Virus record (IMG/VR): IMGVR_UViG_3300047462_000154
Span: 1 to 64,000 of that record
DNA: 64,000 nt
DNA from: a virus
Reading direction: 5' to 3' (one strand)
In this document: positions 48,612 through 58,884 of the stretch, in pieces
How the letters are laid out: each line of letters opens with the position of its first letter
How positions within the stretch are numbered: the first letter of the stretch is position 1
Notes under the pieces: generated by a model
Databases searched by the model: none
Seen by the model: the letters and a program-made list of their open reading frames with translations, nothing else
What the model was told of the DNA's origin: nothing
Program-made: the position numbers and the translations under genes

Positions 48612-49724
48612 ATGGCTCAACTACATTTAAATTTAGGAACAACTGGTTCAAATAGTGGTGGTGATTCTTTACCTGTTATATTAACCAAAACAGAATCAAA
48701 TTTTATTGAATTATATGACCATGTTGCAAATTTAAATAATCCACATCAAGTTACTGCTGCACAAATAAATTTGGGCGCATACAATGTGATTGCCGCGTTG
48801 GGATATGTTCCTGCAAATGGTGGCGCATATAATGGTTCGATTAGTACAGCAAATCTTGGAAATATAACTTTAACTTTAACTGGTAGCGTTACTGGTGGAG
48901 CAACAAGTTCGGATGGTGTTTTATCTGTTCCGACAACTTTAATTCTTATGTCAAGTGATGTGACAAATGCTCTTGGTTACATCCCTTCAACACCAGTAAC
49001 CACAACACCAGGAACCTACAATACACTTGTGATTAATGGTGCTGGACAAGTTGTTTCTGCTTCAAACACGTCTTCTGGTTCTGGTGGCGGAATTAGTAAT
49101 ATAAATTTGACTTTAACTGGTTCTGTAAATGGTTCTGCATCAAGTGCAAGTGGCACATTATCATTGGCTACTACAGTATCATTGTCATCTTCTGATATTT
49201 CAAATGCGCTTGGTTATATTCCTTCTGCTCCTGTAAATACTACTGCTGGAACGTATAATAAGGTAGTAATAAATAATTCTGGACAAGTTGTTTCCGCTTC
49301 GAATTCTGGTGGAAGTTCTGGACCATTGATTTTCACTAATAATTCGTTAAGTTCCGTTAATAGTACATCTTCTGGTACTGTTGCTTCAGCTTCAATAACT
49401 TTGCAACCAGCGGCAATTTATTCATATATGTTAATAGGAAATTATTATACATCTTCTACATTGGGGGGTTCTGGAACTGGAGGAAATCCAAATTTTTATA
49501 TAACTGATAGTGGATTTGTATCAACTATTACAAATAAAATTTTTTCATCAAATCCATATGCAAGTTATTTAGGTGGTGGTAGTGGTCCAGGTAATGGAAA
49601 TGCTTTTGCATTATTATCTTTTACAAATCCAACAAGTTCTCCAGTAGTTGCGACTTTTAACGTAACCCAAACGGCTTCTGGATTTATAAACGCAAATATT
49701 CTTGCTGTTCCTATATCACATTAA
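48612..49724 (+). CDS. Baseplate/tail-fibre-like structural protein
   Basis: N-terminal LG...GDSL...K..NF.ELY (gp9/gp10-like); NNPHQVTAAQI; duplicated ALGY.P and GTYN..IN..GQVVSAS repeats. Confidence 0.7.
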   Translation: MAQLHLNLGTTGSNSGGDSLPVILTKTESNFIELYDHVANLNNPHQVTAAQINLGAYNVIAALGYVPANGGAYNGSISTANLGNITLTLTGSVTGGATSSDGVLSVPTTLILMSSDVTNALGYIPSTPVTTTPGTYNTLVINGAGQVVSASNTSSGSGGGISNINLTLTGSVNGSASSASGTLSLATTVSLSSSDISNALGYIPSAPVNTTAGTYNKVVINNSGQVVSASNSGGSSGPLIFTNNSLSSVNSTSSGTVASASITLQPAAIYSYMLIGNYYTSSTLGGSGTGGNPNFYITDSGFVSTITNKIFSSNPYASYLGGGSGPGNGNAFALLSFTNPTSSPVVATFNVTQTASGFINANILAVPISH

Positions 49725-49735
49725 TAAATAGAATT

Positions 49736-49987
49736 ATGAATAAAACCGATAATGCAATTAATAAATTCAATCATTTGCTTGAATCTAAATATGGTCTTTC
49801 CATAAATAATTCATCAATTGATGATTTGAATTTTATTTTTGAATATTATACCGAACAAAGAAATAATTATTCATCAGATGATGTGAGATATAAAAAAGCT
49901 TTTTTAATAAGTGAAGTTGCACGTTTGATGATTTTAAAAGAAATTATGCCTAAACCAAAAGGCAAAAAGAAAAGAGGAAGTCAATGA
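49736..49987 (+). CDS. Hypothetical late protein
   Basis: TAAATA 5 nt upstream. Confidence 0.6.
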   Translation: MNKTDNAINKFNHLLESKYGLSINNSSIDDLNFIFEYYTEQRNNYSSDDVRYKKAFLISEVARLMILKEIMPKPKGKKKRGSQ

Positions 49988-51918
49988 AGAAAATCGTTTT
50001 GTGGGAATCAAGTGAATTAGAGCAAGCTGAAGTTGTTTTGGCTGCAAAATCAATTTCAGAAAAACTTCAAAGTATGGCTGAAAATGTTGCCAAAATTGAA
50101 GTTAATGATTTGATGCCATTAGGAGATACATTACGTCTCGCTTTTGGTGAACAAATGGCTGATAGTTTTAATAAAACAACATCAGAACAATTAAGACAAT
50201 TATTGCAATATGTATCAACTGCAAAAGTGCAAATTGATAATCAAATTCTTCGTTTTGAAAATATCGTAAATGGTAATCCAGATGCAGGCAATGATATGGC
50301 AATGAATACTGGTGTTGATGCCAATGCTCCACCTAATGATATGCAAGACGGCGTTGATGTAAATGAACCAAAAGATAGCGCACCAGAACAAGGTTCTGAT
50401 GATGGCATGTTTGCTCCAGAAGATAATGCTGATGGTGGTGAGCCTGAACCAGAACAGCAAGCGCCACTTCCGCCAGAAGGCAGAGCGAGAAAAGAATCAT
50501 TTGTTTATTTGGATAAAGTGATTTTGGAATCATTCAAAAGAATGTTGAAAGAAAAAGTAAATCCAACTCGTGCTGTAAAATATATTTCTGAAAGACATGG
50601 TGTAGAATTATCTGAAGTTGTTAATATTATCAAAGAAGCCAAATCTGTAAATGAAGCAGTTCATGTCAGTGGCAAAAAATCAAAAATGACAAGAAACGAA
50701 GCTTTGAAAAAAGATGATGGTTTTTATGTAGAAAAAGATGATGGAAAAATTGGTGATAATATGTGGCACGTTTTTGGTGACCAAACTGGTTTTTCATATG
50801 GGCATTTTAATTCGAAAACAGAAGCAAGAACCTTATTTGATGAATTGAAAGCGAATTTAAAAAAAAAAGTAAATGAAGTAGATAAATCAAAACAAACAAG
50901 TTTTGATTCTGATATGAATGTTTTTAGAAATAAGGGTTTAACGCCACAGCAAAGAACATATGCAATGGCATGCTTAAAAGGCGGTGATTCCCATGATGCC
51001 GCTGCAAAAAAATCATTGAAAAAATATCCAAATGCAGATAAAAAAACTAATGAATCAAACGATAGTTTAATTGCTGGAAAATCATTAGGAATGGGTAATT
51101 CAACATTTGGATTATTAAATGTTGGAGATAAATTTCATTGGAGAGATTCTGAAGAAATTTATACAAAACATTCAAAAGATTCTTACAAAGATTCAAAAGG
51201 AAAAATTTTTAAAACTGGTAACGGCGCGAGTGTTTTCAAAGAAAAAACTAATGAAAAAGATAATCATTGGATAGAAAAAGCAACTACCAAAAATCCAGGT
51301 AAGTTTGCTGCCAAAGCTAAAGCTGCTGGAGAAACAACGGCTGAATATGCTGATGAAAAAGAAAATGCAAAAGGTGTTCTTGGTAAAGAAGCAAGATTAG
51401 CAAAAACTTTAAGTAAAGAACGCAAAAAAGTTAATGAAAGTTTTGCTATTGGTGATGAAGTAAAAACTACCATGGGTGTTAAAAGAACTGGAAAAGTTAT
51501 CAAACCATTTGATTATAAAAAAGCTACTGACGGCACTTATAGAGAACCATACGCAAAAGATAAAGTTGTTTATGTTGAATGGGATGATGGAACAAAAGGG
51601 TGGTCTCATGAAATTCATCTTGAAAAAACAAAAAAAAAAGAATATGATGGTTCAACACCAATGCCCACTTTTGCCGAAAGAAAGAAAGCATTTTCTCAAG
51701 ATTTTGGATTTGTTTATAAACAATCAGAAGATGGTATATGGGGATGTTATGGACAACAAACTGGTTATTGTTATGCAACAGGTACAGAAGATGAAGCCAA
51801 ACTTGTAGCAGATAAACTTTTTGATATTAAAAAACATCCAGAAGAAAATATGGAAATGCCAGCAAATATTCAAAAAGAATCTGTTAAAAACAAACGCGGA
51901 ATTAAATTGGACAAATAA
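49984..51918 (+). CDS. Probable prohead core/scaffold protein with appended modules
   Basis: Helical N-terminal domain EQAEVVLAAKS; modules separated by VNE/TNE/KES processing-like sites. Confidence 0.55.
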   Translation: MKKIVLWESSELEQAEVVLAAKSISEKLQSMAENVAKIEVNDLMPLGDTLRLAFGEQMADSFNKTTSEQLRQLLQYVSTAKVQIDNQILRFENIVNGNPDAGNDMAMNTGVDANAPPNDMQDGVDVNEPKDSAPEQGSDDGMFAPEDNADGGEPEPEQQAPLPPEGRARKESFVYLDKVILESFKRMLKEKVNPTRAVKYISERHGVELSEVVNIIKEAKSVNEAVHVSGKKSKMTRNEALKKDDGFYVEKDDGKIGDNMWHVFGDQTGFSYGHFNSKTEARTLFDELKANLKKKVNEVDKSKQTSFDSDMNVFRNKGLTPQQRTYAMACLKGGDSHDAAAKKSLKKYPNADKKTNESNDSLIAGKSLGMGNSTFGLLNVGDKFHWRDSEEIYTKHSKDSYKDSKGKIFKTGNGASVFKEKTNEKDNHWIEKATTKNPGKFAAKAKAAGETTAEYADEKENAKGVLGKEARLAKTLSKERKKVNESFAIGDEVKTTMGVKRTGKVIKPFDYKKATDGTYREPYAKDKVVYVEWDDGTKGWSHEIHLEKTKKKEYDGSTPMPTFAERKKAFSQDFGFVYKQSEDGIWGCYGQQTGYCYATGTEDEAKLVADKLFDIKKHPEENMEMPANIQKESVKNKRGIKLDK

Positions 51919-51919
51919 A

Positions 51920-52261
51920 ATGCTACTTTTTGAATTGTTTTCAGACAATGATTTAACAACAAATTTAAAACAAGCAGCGTTGGATTATCTAACGCCGCTT
52001 GTTGCTCATAATGTTCCTTATGTAACTATTCAAAGTATGGTTGATGAATTGCGTAAATTGAATTCTGGTTTGACAATTGATAGAGCATTTATAATGAATT
52101 TATTAAATGACGTTCAAGTTGTTTCACAAATTCAAGGGGATAGAATTTATATTTCTAAACCAGATAATGAAAAAGATGAAGATGAAAAAGAAGGCGAAGA
52201 TAATATTCAAAGAGTTAAAGACGCTGCTATAAAACAAGCCAAAGAAAACATTAAAAAATAA
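51920..52261 (+). CDS. Hypothetical late protein (MLLFELF)
   Basis: ATG right after the upstream stop. Confidence 0.6.
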   Translation: MLLFELFSDNDLTTNLKQAALDYLTPLVAHNVPYVTIQSMVDELRKLNSGLTIDRAFIMNLLNDVQVVSQIQGDRIYISKPDNEKDEDEKEGEDNIQRVKDAAIKQAKENIKK

Positions 52262-52262
52262 T

Positions 52263-52351
52263 TTATAAAAATAATTTAAATAAAGCAGCATCTCCCTTAT
52301 TTCTAAAACGTAGAGAATTATATCCAGCAAATCCCCATTCATCTTTTGGTT
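52263..52351 (-). pseudogene. 3' remnant of an FKL-family gene
   Basis: DEWGFAGYNSLRFRNKGDAALFKLFL; the upstream part is replaced by the T-free tract. Confidence 0.5.
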
Positions 52352-52499
52352 CGGGCACGGCAGAAGGGACCGCGAAAAGGGAGAAGCAGCAAGACGAAGA
52401 GAGAAGGAGGAAAGCACGGCAAACGGACGGGGGAGCAGGAAGGGCAAAAACGAGCGAAATGACGGAAGAGGAAGAAGCGAACAAAACACAAAACAACGA
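52352..52499. other. 148-nt tract almost free of T on the plus strand
   Basis: Hand count A66 G55 C26 T1. Confidence 0.9.
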
Positions 52500-52589
52500 T
52501 GCAATGAGTGTGGAGTAATTAAGAAACTCAAATTATCTGAAAGAATATATTGTTGTGATGATTGTGGATTTGTTATAGATATCAAATGA
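52488..52589 (+). mobile_element. TnpB (IS200/IS605) zinc-ribbon remnant
   Basis: TKQRCNECG..KKLKLSERIYCCDDCGFVID. Confidence 0.55.
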
Positions 52590-52602
52590 AGGAAATTTCA
52601 AA

Positions 52603-53295
52603 TTGAGACACTACCTAATTAATAGAAAATTTCAATATAAAGAACTATCTCGTATAACTCAACCATCTGGAATCAGACATTATATGTGTCCAGATACAAA
52701 TACTCTTTTACCATCAGTAACTACCGTTTTAGATTCTACAATGGACAAAAGCGGAATTCTTGAATGGAAAGAATTTGTTGGTGAAAAAAAAGCCAATCTT
52801 GTTAAAAAAGAAGCTACAGATTTAGGTTCACTTGTTCATGAACATATTGAAAAACATGTTATGAATATTGAAAGACCATCTGGAAATAATATTATCAGAA
52901 TTCAATCCAAAAAAATGGCTGACCAAATCATTTTAAACGGTTTACAGCACGTTAATGAAGTTTGGGGACAAGAGGTTGGATTATATTATCCAGGGCTGTA
53001 TGCTGGCACTACAGACCTTGTAGGTGTGTATAAAGGCAAAGAAGCCATCATGGACCATAAAACAGCCAAGAAAATTCGTTCACCTGATATGATACAAGCA
53101 TATTATTTTCAAATTGCTGCTTATGCTATGGCACATAATCATCTTTTTAATACAAATATTAAAACGGGTGTAATTTTTATGGTTGATAGAGATTTCAATT
53201 ATAAAGATTTTTATATTGATGAATATGAAATGGAAAAAAACCAAGAATTGTTTTTACAAAAAGTAGAAGAATACGCAAACAAGATAGCAGCATAA
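52603..53295 (+). CDS. PD-(D/E)XK exonuclease
   Basis: LPSVTTVL, G..VHE..E, YAGTTD, IMDHKT, QIAAYA. Confidence 0.85.
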   Translation: MRHYLINRKFQYKELSRITQPSGIRHYMCPDTNTLLPSVTTVLDSTMDKSGILEWKEFVGEKKANLVKKEATDLGSLVHEHIEKHVMNIERPSGNNIIRIQSKKMADQIILNGLQHVNEVWGQEVGLYYPGLYAGTTDLVGVYKGKEAIMDHKTAKKIRSPDMIQAYYFQIAAYAMAHNHLFNTNIKTGVIFMVDRDFNYKDFYIDEYEMEKNQELFLQKVEEYANKIAA

Positions 53296-53324
53296 ATAAT
53301 AGAAATACTTTTTGGAATAATAAT

Positions 53325-54449
53325 TTGTCAGGCTCCATTTCAACACCAGTAATCGAAGTTAGCAAAATACAATTAAGACGCGGATTGTCTAATGACCTTC
53401 CTGGTGCGCCAACTATTGGAAATCCATCATTACCAACAACACCATTAGATGTTGGTGAATTAGCATTTACAACTGATACGGGTCAAGTGTTTATTGGACC
53501 AGAATTACAAAATAATGGCGGGTCTACATTCAATAGATCATTTTTCCCATATCAAAATATTGAAGTTTTAACAGAAAACAGCAGAACATTTCTCAATAGT
53601 CTTTTTGATTATTACTATCGAGACGTTCAAACTGGATTTTATGCAACCACTCCTTTAAACAATACAACGAACACAAATACATGGCAGACGGTTTTAGTAA
53701 ATGCTGCTTCTGGTGAAGTGCCATGTATTGTAAGTGCAACATCTAATTTGGCATGTGCTCAATTAACTTATTATTTGTATGATACCAACACGACTGTAAG
53801 AACTGGAAAAATATCAATTGTTTATATTGGTGGTTCTCAACAACCAATATTAGAAGATGATTATACTGTTTATCCAAGAACAGATTTATCGACACAAAAT
53901 GCCATGAATCCAGATATGTTATATGGAAGTTTGCAATTCAGAGCCGTACCTATATCAAACGGTAGTGGTCAAAATGTTGTTTTAGAATATCAAAATCTTG
54001 GTGCAACAACACCAATCATGTTTTTTAAAATTGATAGGGGTGCTGCTTTTCAAGGAAACACAATTACAAATTCAAATTCAGAATCATCAAATAATTCTGG
54101 AAATGTTATTTTAACATTCCAAATTGGAAACACACCAGTATTGGTAGATACTTGGGGAACATCAACGGTTACTGGTGGAGTTTGCCAATATTTTGTTATT
54201 GCAACTACAAATTCTGGAACTGGCACTGGTTCACAAGTTAGTCAATTGGTTGTTGGCACTGATGGCGTTTCTGGTAATTTTACAGATGATGCTATGTATT
54301 TTTCTCCTGGTTCTATGGCTCCAAATGTTTTAAATTATCAAGTTTCTGTAACTTCTGGTGTTGTTTCGGTTTTAGCAAATACAATAGAAACTGGTGCGGT
54401 TGCAACGGTAACATTGATTAAATTTCCTCTATATTTGGTTCAGAGTTAA
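53325..54449 (+). CDS. Virion structural protein
   Basis: KIQLRRG...L..GELAFTTDTG.VFIG N-terminal motif; TAAATA upstream. Confidence 0.65.
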   Translation: MSGSISTPVIEVSKIQLRRGLSNDLPGAPTIGNPSLPTTPLDVGELAFTTDTGQVFIGPELQNNGGSTFNRSFFPYQNIEVLTENSRTFLNSLFDYYYRDVQTGFYATTPLNNTTNTNTWQTVLVNAASGEVPCIVSATSNLACAQLTYYLYDTNTTVRTGKISIVYIGGSQQPILEDDYTVYPRTDLSTQNAMNPDMLYGSLQFRAVPISNGSGQNVVLEYQNLGATTPIMFFKIDRGAAFQGNTITNSNSESSNNSGNVILTFQIGNTPVLVDTWGTSTVTGGVCQYFVIATTNSGTGTGSQVSQLVVGTDGVSGNFTDDAMYFSPGSMAPNVLNYQVSVTSGVVSVLANTIETGAVATVTLIKFPLYLVQS

Positions 54450-54452
54450 AAT

Positions 54453-54902
54453 GTGAATAATCCGTTTTTGATGAGTCCTTCAGAAAGACTTACTGATTGG
54501 AAAAAATTCAGAAATGCAATCATAGATTTTTCTGAAATGGAAAAATTCGATGCTGTTGTAAAATATTTTTCACAAGCGCCATTAAAAAATATTGCATATG
54601 ATATTGAAGATATTGAAAATATTCCAACACCTTGGGAAATGATTCATGATGGCGAATGGTGTAGAAATTCTATAGCTATTGGTATGGAATTTACTTTAAG
54701 ATTGGTTGGTATTGAAGCATCAAGACTGCAATTAAAAATGATTTTAGACCCAACGATTTCCGATATGATGTTGACCGTTGTTGTAGATGAAAAATATATT
54801 TTAAATTATGATTGGGGTAATGTTTTTGATAAAAAATTGTCAAAAGATGCAAGAATAATAAAGAAAATTGTTTTTAAGAAAGACAAATATAAAGTTATTT
54901 AA
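54453..54902 (+). CDS. Hypothetical phage protein
   Basis: ERL..WK.FR...PTPWEMI...C. Confidence 0.6.
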   Translation: MNNPFLMSPSERLTDWKKFRNAIIDFSEMEKFDAVVKYFSQAPLKNIAYDIEDIENIPTPWEMIHDGEWCRNSIAIGMEFTLRLVGIEASRLQLKMILDPTISDMMLTVVVDEKYILNYDWGNVFDKKLSKDARIIKKIVFKKDKYKVI

Positions 54903-55060
54903 AACGTAATTTATTCTCTAAAAAAGTTCATTAAAGAGAGATATTTTAATTTTTTTTGTTATTTAAATATTCTTTCAATCGATAAAATGAATTTGCTTTT
55001 TTTGATATTAAATGTCATAAAATATAATTCAAAATAAAAATAATAAGGGATAATAAAATC

Positions 55061-57397
55061 GTGGTATCATCGAAAAATATTTTTGTCATTAAAAGAAATG
55101 GTAAAAAAGAATTATTAAATTTAGATAAATGGCAAAAACAAATAGCAAAAATTTGTAAAGGTATTTCAGATGTTTCCCAAAGTATGATTGAAATAAAAAC
55201 ATCTCCAAATTTTTATGATGGTATTACAACAAGAGAAATAGATTCAATAACATTAAGAGCAATAGTTGATTTAATTGATGTTGAATCTAATCCAGAAGTA
55301 GGACATGTAAATTATCAATATGTTGCAGGAAAACAACGTCTTTCAATGTTAAGAAAAGATATATATGGTCAATATGAAGTTCCAAAATTATATGAAATAG
55401 TTAAAAAAAATATTGCAGAAAATCGATATACTTCTGAATTATTTGATTGGTATACAGAAGAAGAATGGAATAAAATGGAAACTTTTATTGACCATTCAAA
55501 AGATGAATTATATTCATACGCGGCTATTGAACAATTAATTGAAAAATATTTGATACGCAATCGTTCAACAAAAGAAATTTATGAAACACCACAAATTAGA
55601 TATATAATTGCTGCTGCTACTGCATTTCATAAAGAAGACCCGAAAATTCGTATGAAATTAGTAAAAGATTATTATAATTGCGCAAGTGACGGATTATTTA
55701 CATTAGCAACTCCTGTATTGGCTGGATTAGGAACACCAACAAAACAATTTAGTTCGTGTGTTTTAATTCGCACAAATGACAGTTTAGATTCGATTTTTGC
55801 ATCAGGCGAAATGATGGCAAAATATGCTGCTAAACGTGCTGGTATTGGATTTGAATTTGGCAGACTTCGTTCATTAGGAAGTCCCATTAGAAATGGAGAA
55901 ATTGTTCATACTGGTATGATACCATTTTTAAAAAAATGGTTTGGTGACCTTCGTAGCTGTTCGCAAGGTGGTTTAAGAAATTCAAGTGCTACATTTACAT
56001 ACCCAATATGGCATTATCAATTTGATGACCTTATTGTATTAAAAAACAATCAAGGAACAGAATCAACCAGAATACGCGGTTTAGATTATTGTGTTGTTTT
56101 GAATTCATTTTTTTGGAAAAGATTTAAAAACAAAGAAAATATTACTTTGTTTGACCCAGATGAATTGCCTGATTTATATGAAGCATTTTATTCAGATACA
56201 AAACTTTTCGAAGAACTTTACTTAAAATACGAAAAAGATAATTCGTTAAGAAAAAAAGTTATATCTGCTGAAGAAATTTTTAAAAATGGAATATTAAAGG
56301 AACGAACTGATACAGGAAGAATTTATCTCATGTATACTGATAATGTTCAAAAACATGTTCCATTTGATACAAAAACCCATCCAATTTATCAAAGTAATTT
56401 ATGTCAAGAAATTTTACTTAGCACAAAACCGTTTGAACGAATTGATGATGATAAAGGTAGAATTGCTTTATGTACTCTTGGAAGTATCAATTGGGGTGCT
56501 TTTAGAAATCCAGAAGATATGAAAAGAGCATGCCATCTATTAGTTAGAAGTTTAACCAATCTATTAGAATATCAAGATTTTCTTTCCATTCAAAGCAAGT
56601 TAGCAAATGAAGAATTTATGCCACTTGGTGTGGGTGTTACTAACCTTGCATATTGGCATGCAAAACGCAATTTAAAATATGGCGAAAGCGAATCGTTATC
56701 TGAAGTTAAATCTTGGATAGAACATCAAACTTATTATCTAACAGAAGCAACAGTTGAATTAGCCAAAGAAAGAGGCGCGTGTAAATTAAGTCATACAACA
56801 AAATATGGTAAGGGTATTTTTCCTTGGGAAGAACGTTCTAAAGGCGTTAATGAATTAACTGATTTTACACCAGATATTAATTTGGATTGGGAACTTTTGC
56901 GAACTAATATGATAAAATATGGCGTTAGAAATGCAACAGTTCAAGCAATTGCGCCAGTAGAATCAAGTTCAGTTGTTATTAATTCAACAAATGGCATTGA
57001 ATTGCCAATGCAGTTGATATCCGTTAAGGAATCAAAAGCAGCATCATTAGTTCAAGTGGTTCCCGAATATACCAGACTTAAATCAAAATATCAATTGATG
57101 TGGGACCAAAAAGATTGCGTCAACTATCTTAAAACCGCTGCTGTATTAGCGGCATATGTAGATCAATCTATCAGCACAAACACTTTTTATAATCCAGCAC
57201 ATTTTGCAGACAAACATGTACCAACAACATTAATTGCTAAAAATTTGATGTTAGCACATAAATGGGGTATTCGAACAATTTATTATTCTTTAATTAATAA
57301 AACTGGTTCAAAAGAAGATAGCGAAGTTATTGAAGATTTGAAAATTGAGATGATTGATGAAGAAACCTCGTCTGATTGCGAATCTTGCAAATTATAA
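55061..57397 (+). CDS. nrdA: Ribonucleotide reductase class Ia alpha subunit
   Basis: ATP cone VIKRNG, TPVLAG, FSSCVL, SNLCQEI, C-terminal CESC. Confidence 0.95.
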   Translation: MVSSKNIFVIKRNGKKELLNLDKWQKQIAKICKGISDVSQSMIEIKTSPNFYDGITTREIDSITLRAIVDLIDVESNPEVGHVNYQYVAGKQRLSMLRKDIYGQYEVPKLYEIVKKNIAENRYTSELFDWYTEEEWNKMETFIDHSKDELYSYAAIEQLIEKYLIRNRSTKEIYETPQIRYIIAAATAFHKEDPKIRMKLVKDYYNCASDGLFTLATPVLAGLGTPTKQFSSCVLIRTNDSLDSIFASGEMMAKYAAKRAGIGFEFGRLRSLGSPIRNGEIVHTGMIPFLKKWFGDLRSCSQGGLRNSSATFTYPIWHYQFDDLIVLKNNQGTESTRIRGLDYCVVLNSFFWKRFKNKENITLFDPDELPDLYEAFYSDTKLFEELYLKYEKDNSLRKKVISAEEIFKNGILKERTDTGRIYLMYTDNVQKHVPFDTKTHPIYQSNLCQEILLSTKPFERIDDDKGRIALCTLGSINWGAFRNPEDMKRACHLLVRSLTNLLEYQDFLSIQSKLANEEFMPLGVGVTNLAYWHAKRNLKYGESESLSEVKSWIEHQTYYLTEATVELAKERGACKLSHTTKYGKGIFPWEERSKGVNELTDFTPDINLDWELLRTNMIKYGVRNATVQAIAPVESSSVVINSTNGIELPMQLISVKESKAASLVQVVPEYTRLKSKYQLMWDQKDCVNYLKTAAVLAAYVDQSISTNTFYNPAHFADKHVPTTLIAKNLMLAHKWGIRTIYYSLINKTGSKEDSEVIEDLKIEMIDEETSSDCESCKL

Positions 57398-57411
57398 AAG
57401 GATTAAATAAA

Positions 57412-58515
57412 ATGAGTATAGAACAATATGATTTAAAGAAAAAAACAAATTATTTAACAAGAAAAATGTTTTTGGACCCAGAAGGTCCAGTTAGCATTCA
57501 ACGTTTTGAAGAACTGAAATATGATAAAATTGGTTTATTTGAAGAACGTGCCAGAGGTTTTTTTTGGGTTCCAGAAGAAATTGATTTAACAAAAGATGCA
57601 TCTGATTTTAAAGATGCCAGTGAAGCCATGAAACATATTTTTACCAGCAACCTACTTCGTCAGACTGCACTTGATTCAATTCAGGGTAGAGCACCCAATC
57701 AAGTATTTTCACCAGTTATTTCAATACCAGAATTAGAAGCATTGGTTTCAAATTGGTCATTTTTTGAAACAAATATTCATTCAAAAAGTTATAGCCATAT
57801 GATTAGGAATATTTACAATGTTCCAAAAGATGAATTTAATAAAATTCATGATACTACCGAAATTATTGATATGGCATCTAATATTGGAAATTATTATAAT
57901 GATTTGCATATATTAAATTGCAAAAAAGAATTAGGAGAAGAAGTATCAGAATATGAACACATTAAATCAATTTGGTTAGCATTAAATGCTTCTTATGGAT
58001 TAGAAGCATTTAGATTTATGGTTAGTTTTGCTACATCTTTGGCGATGGTAGAAAATAAAATTTTTATGGGTAATGGAAACATTATCAGCTTAATTCTTCA
58101 AGATGAATTATTGCATAAAGAATGGACTGCTTGGATAATTAAACAAGTTGTAAAAGAAGACCAAAGATTCGCACAAGCTAAAAAAGATTGTGAACAAGAA
58201 GTTTACAATATGTATCTTGACGTTATTCGTGAAGAAAAAACTTGGGCTGATTTCTTATTTAAAAAGGGACCAGTAATTGGACTTTCATCAAACATAATGA
58301 AAGATTTTGTTGATTTTACTGCATTTGAAGCACTTAAAGCAATCGGTATTCAATATAAAGGTAGTGCACCTAAAACTACCCCAATTCCTTGGTTTAATAA
58401 ACACACAGACCCAAGTAAAAAACAAGTTGCTCTTCAAGAACTTGAATCTACTAATTATGTGATTGGTTTAATGAATGGCGAAATTTTATATAACGATTTA
58501 CCTGAGTTATTATAA
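57412..58515 (+). CDS. nrdB: Ribonucleotide reductase class Ia beta subunit
   Basis: FFWVPEEI, ETNIHSKSY with the radical Tyr, LEAFRFMVSF, DELLH. Confidence 0.95.
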   Translation: MSIEQYDLKKKTNYLTRKMFLDPEGPVSIQRFEELKYDKIGLFEERARGFFWVPEEIDLTKDASDFKDASEAMKHIFTSNLLRQTALDSIQGRAPNQVFSPVISIPELEALVSNWSFFETNIHSKSYSHMIRNIYNVPKDEFNKIHDTTEIIDMASNIGNYYNDLHILNCKKELGEEVSEYEHIKSIWLALNASYGLEAFRFMVSFATSLAMVENKIFMGNGNIISLILQDELLHKEWTAWIIKQVVKEDQRFAQAKKDCEQEVYNMYLDVIREEKTWADFLFKKGPVIGLSSNIMKDFVDFTAFEALKAIGIQYKGSAPKTTPIPWFNKHTDPSKKQVALQELESTNYVIGLMNGEILYNDLPELL

Positions 58516-58553
58516 TTTGACAACTTTGAGAAATTAATTTAAGAGAAATTCTT

Positions 58554-58799
58554 ATGAAAATTGCTCAAAAACTCGCCCAAATCATCCAAGAACAAAATCT
58601 TTCCACTACTTTTATGTGGGGTGATGGTGTTATGGTTGATTTGGGATGTGCCGTTGGTTTTGAAGGGCATCCTTTAGACGTTATGGATAAAGTATGCCGT
58701 GCTTGCAGACGTTCTCCAGAAATATTTGAGCATTTTAAAGTTCATGGTTTAGATTCTCGTGGCAGAGAACGTGTTGTCAGTGCCTATAAATTAAAATGA
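58554..58799 (+). CDS. Hypothetical protein
   Basis: ORF downstream of TTGACA. Confidence 0.55.
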   Translation: MKIAQKLAQIIQEQNLSTTFMWGDGVMVDLGCAVGFEGHPLDVMDKVCRACRRSPEIFEHFKVHGLDSRGRERVVSAYKLK

Positions 58800-58884
58800 T
58801 TTTTGATTTTCATACTGCTTTTTATTGTATTCTTGCAATGCCATATGCCGCTATTGATTGTAATTTATTGTTTAATTTTATTGA

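Noticed and set aside
52124-52585. 153-aa and 77-aa minus-strand ORFs as real genes
   Set aside because: They stay open largely because the A-free tract cannot contain stop codons
52603-53295. Cas4 as part of a CRISPR system
   Set aside because: No Fe-S cysteine cluster and no cas genes or array; an ordinary phage PD-(D/E)XK exonuclease
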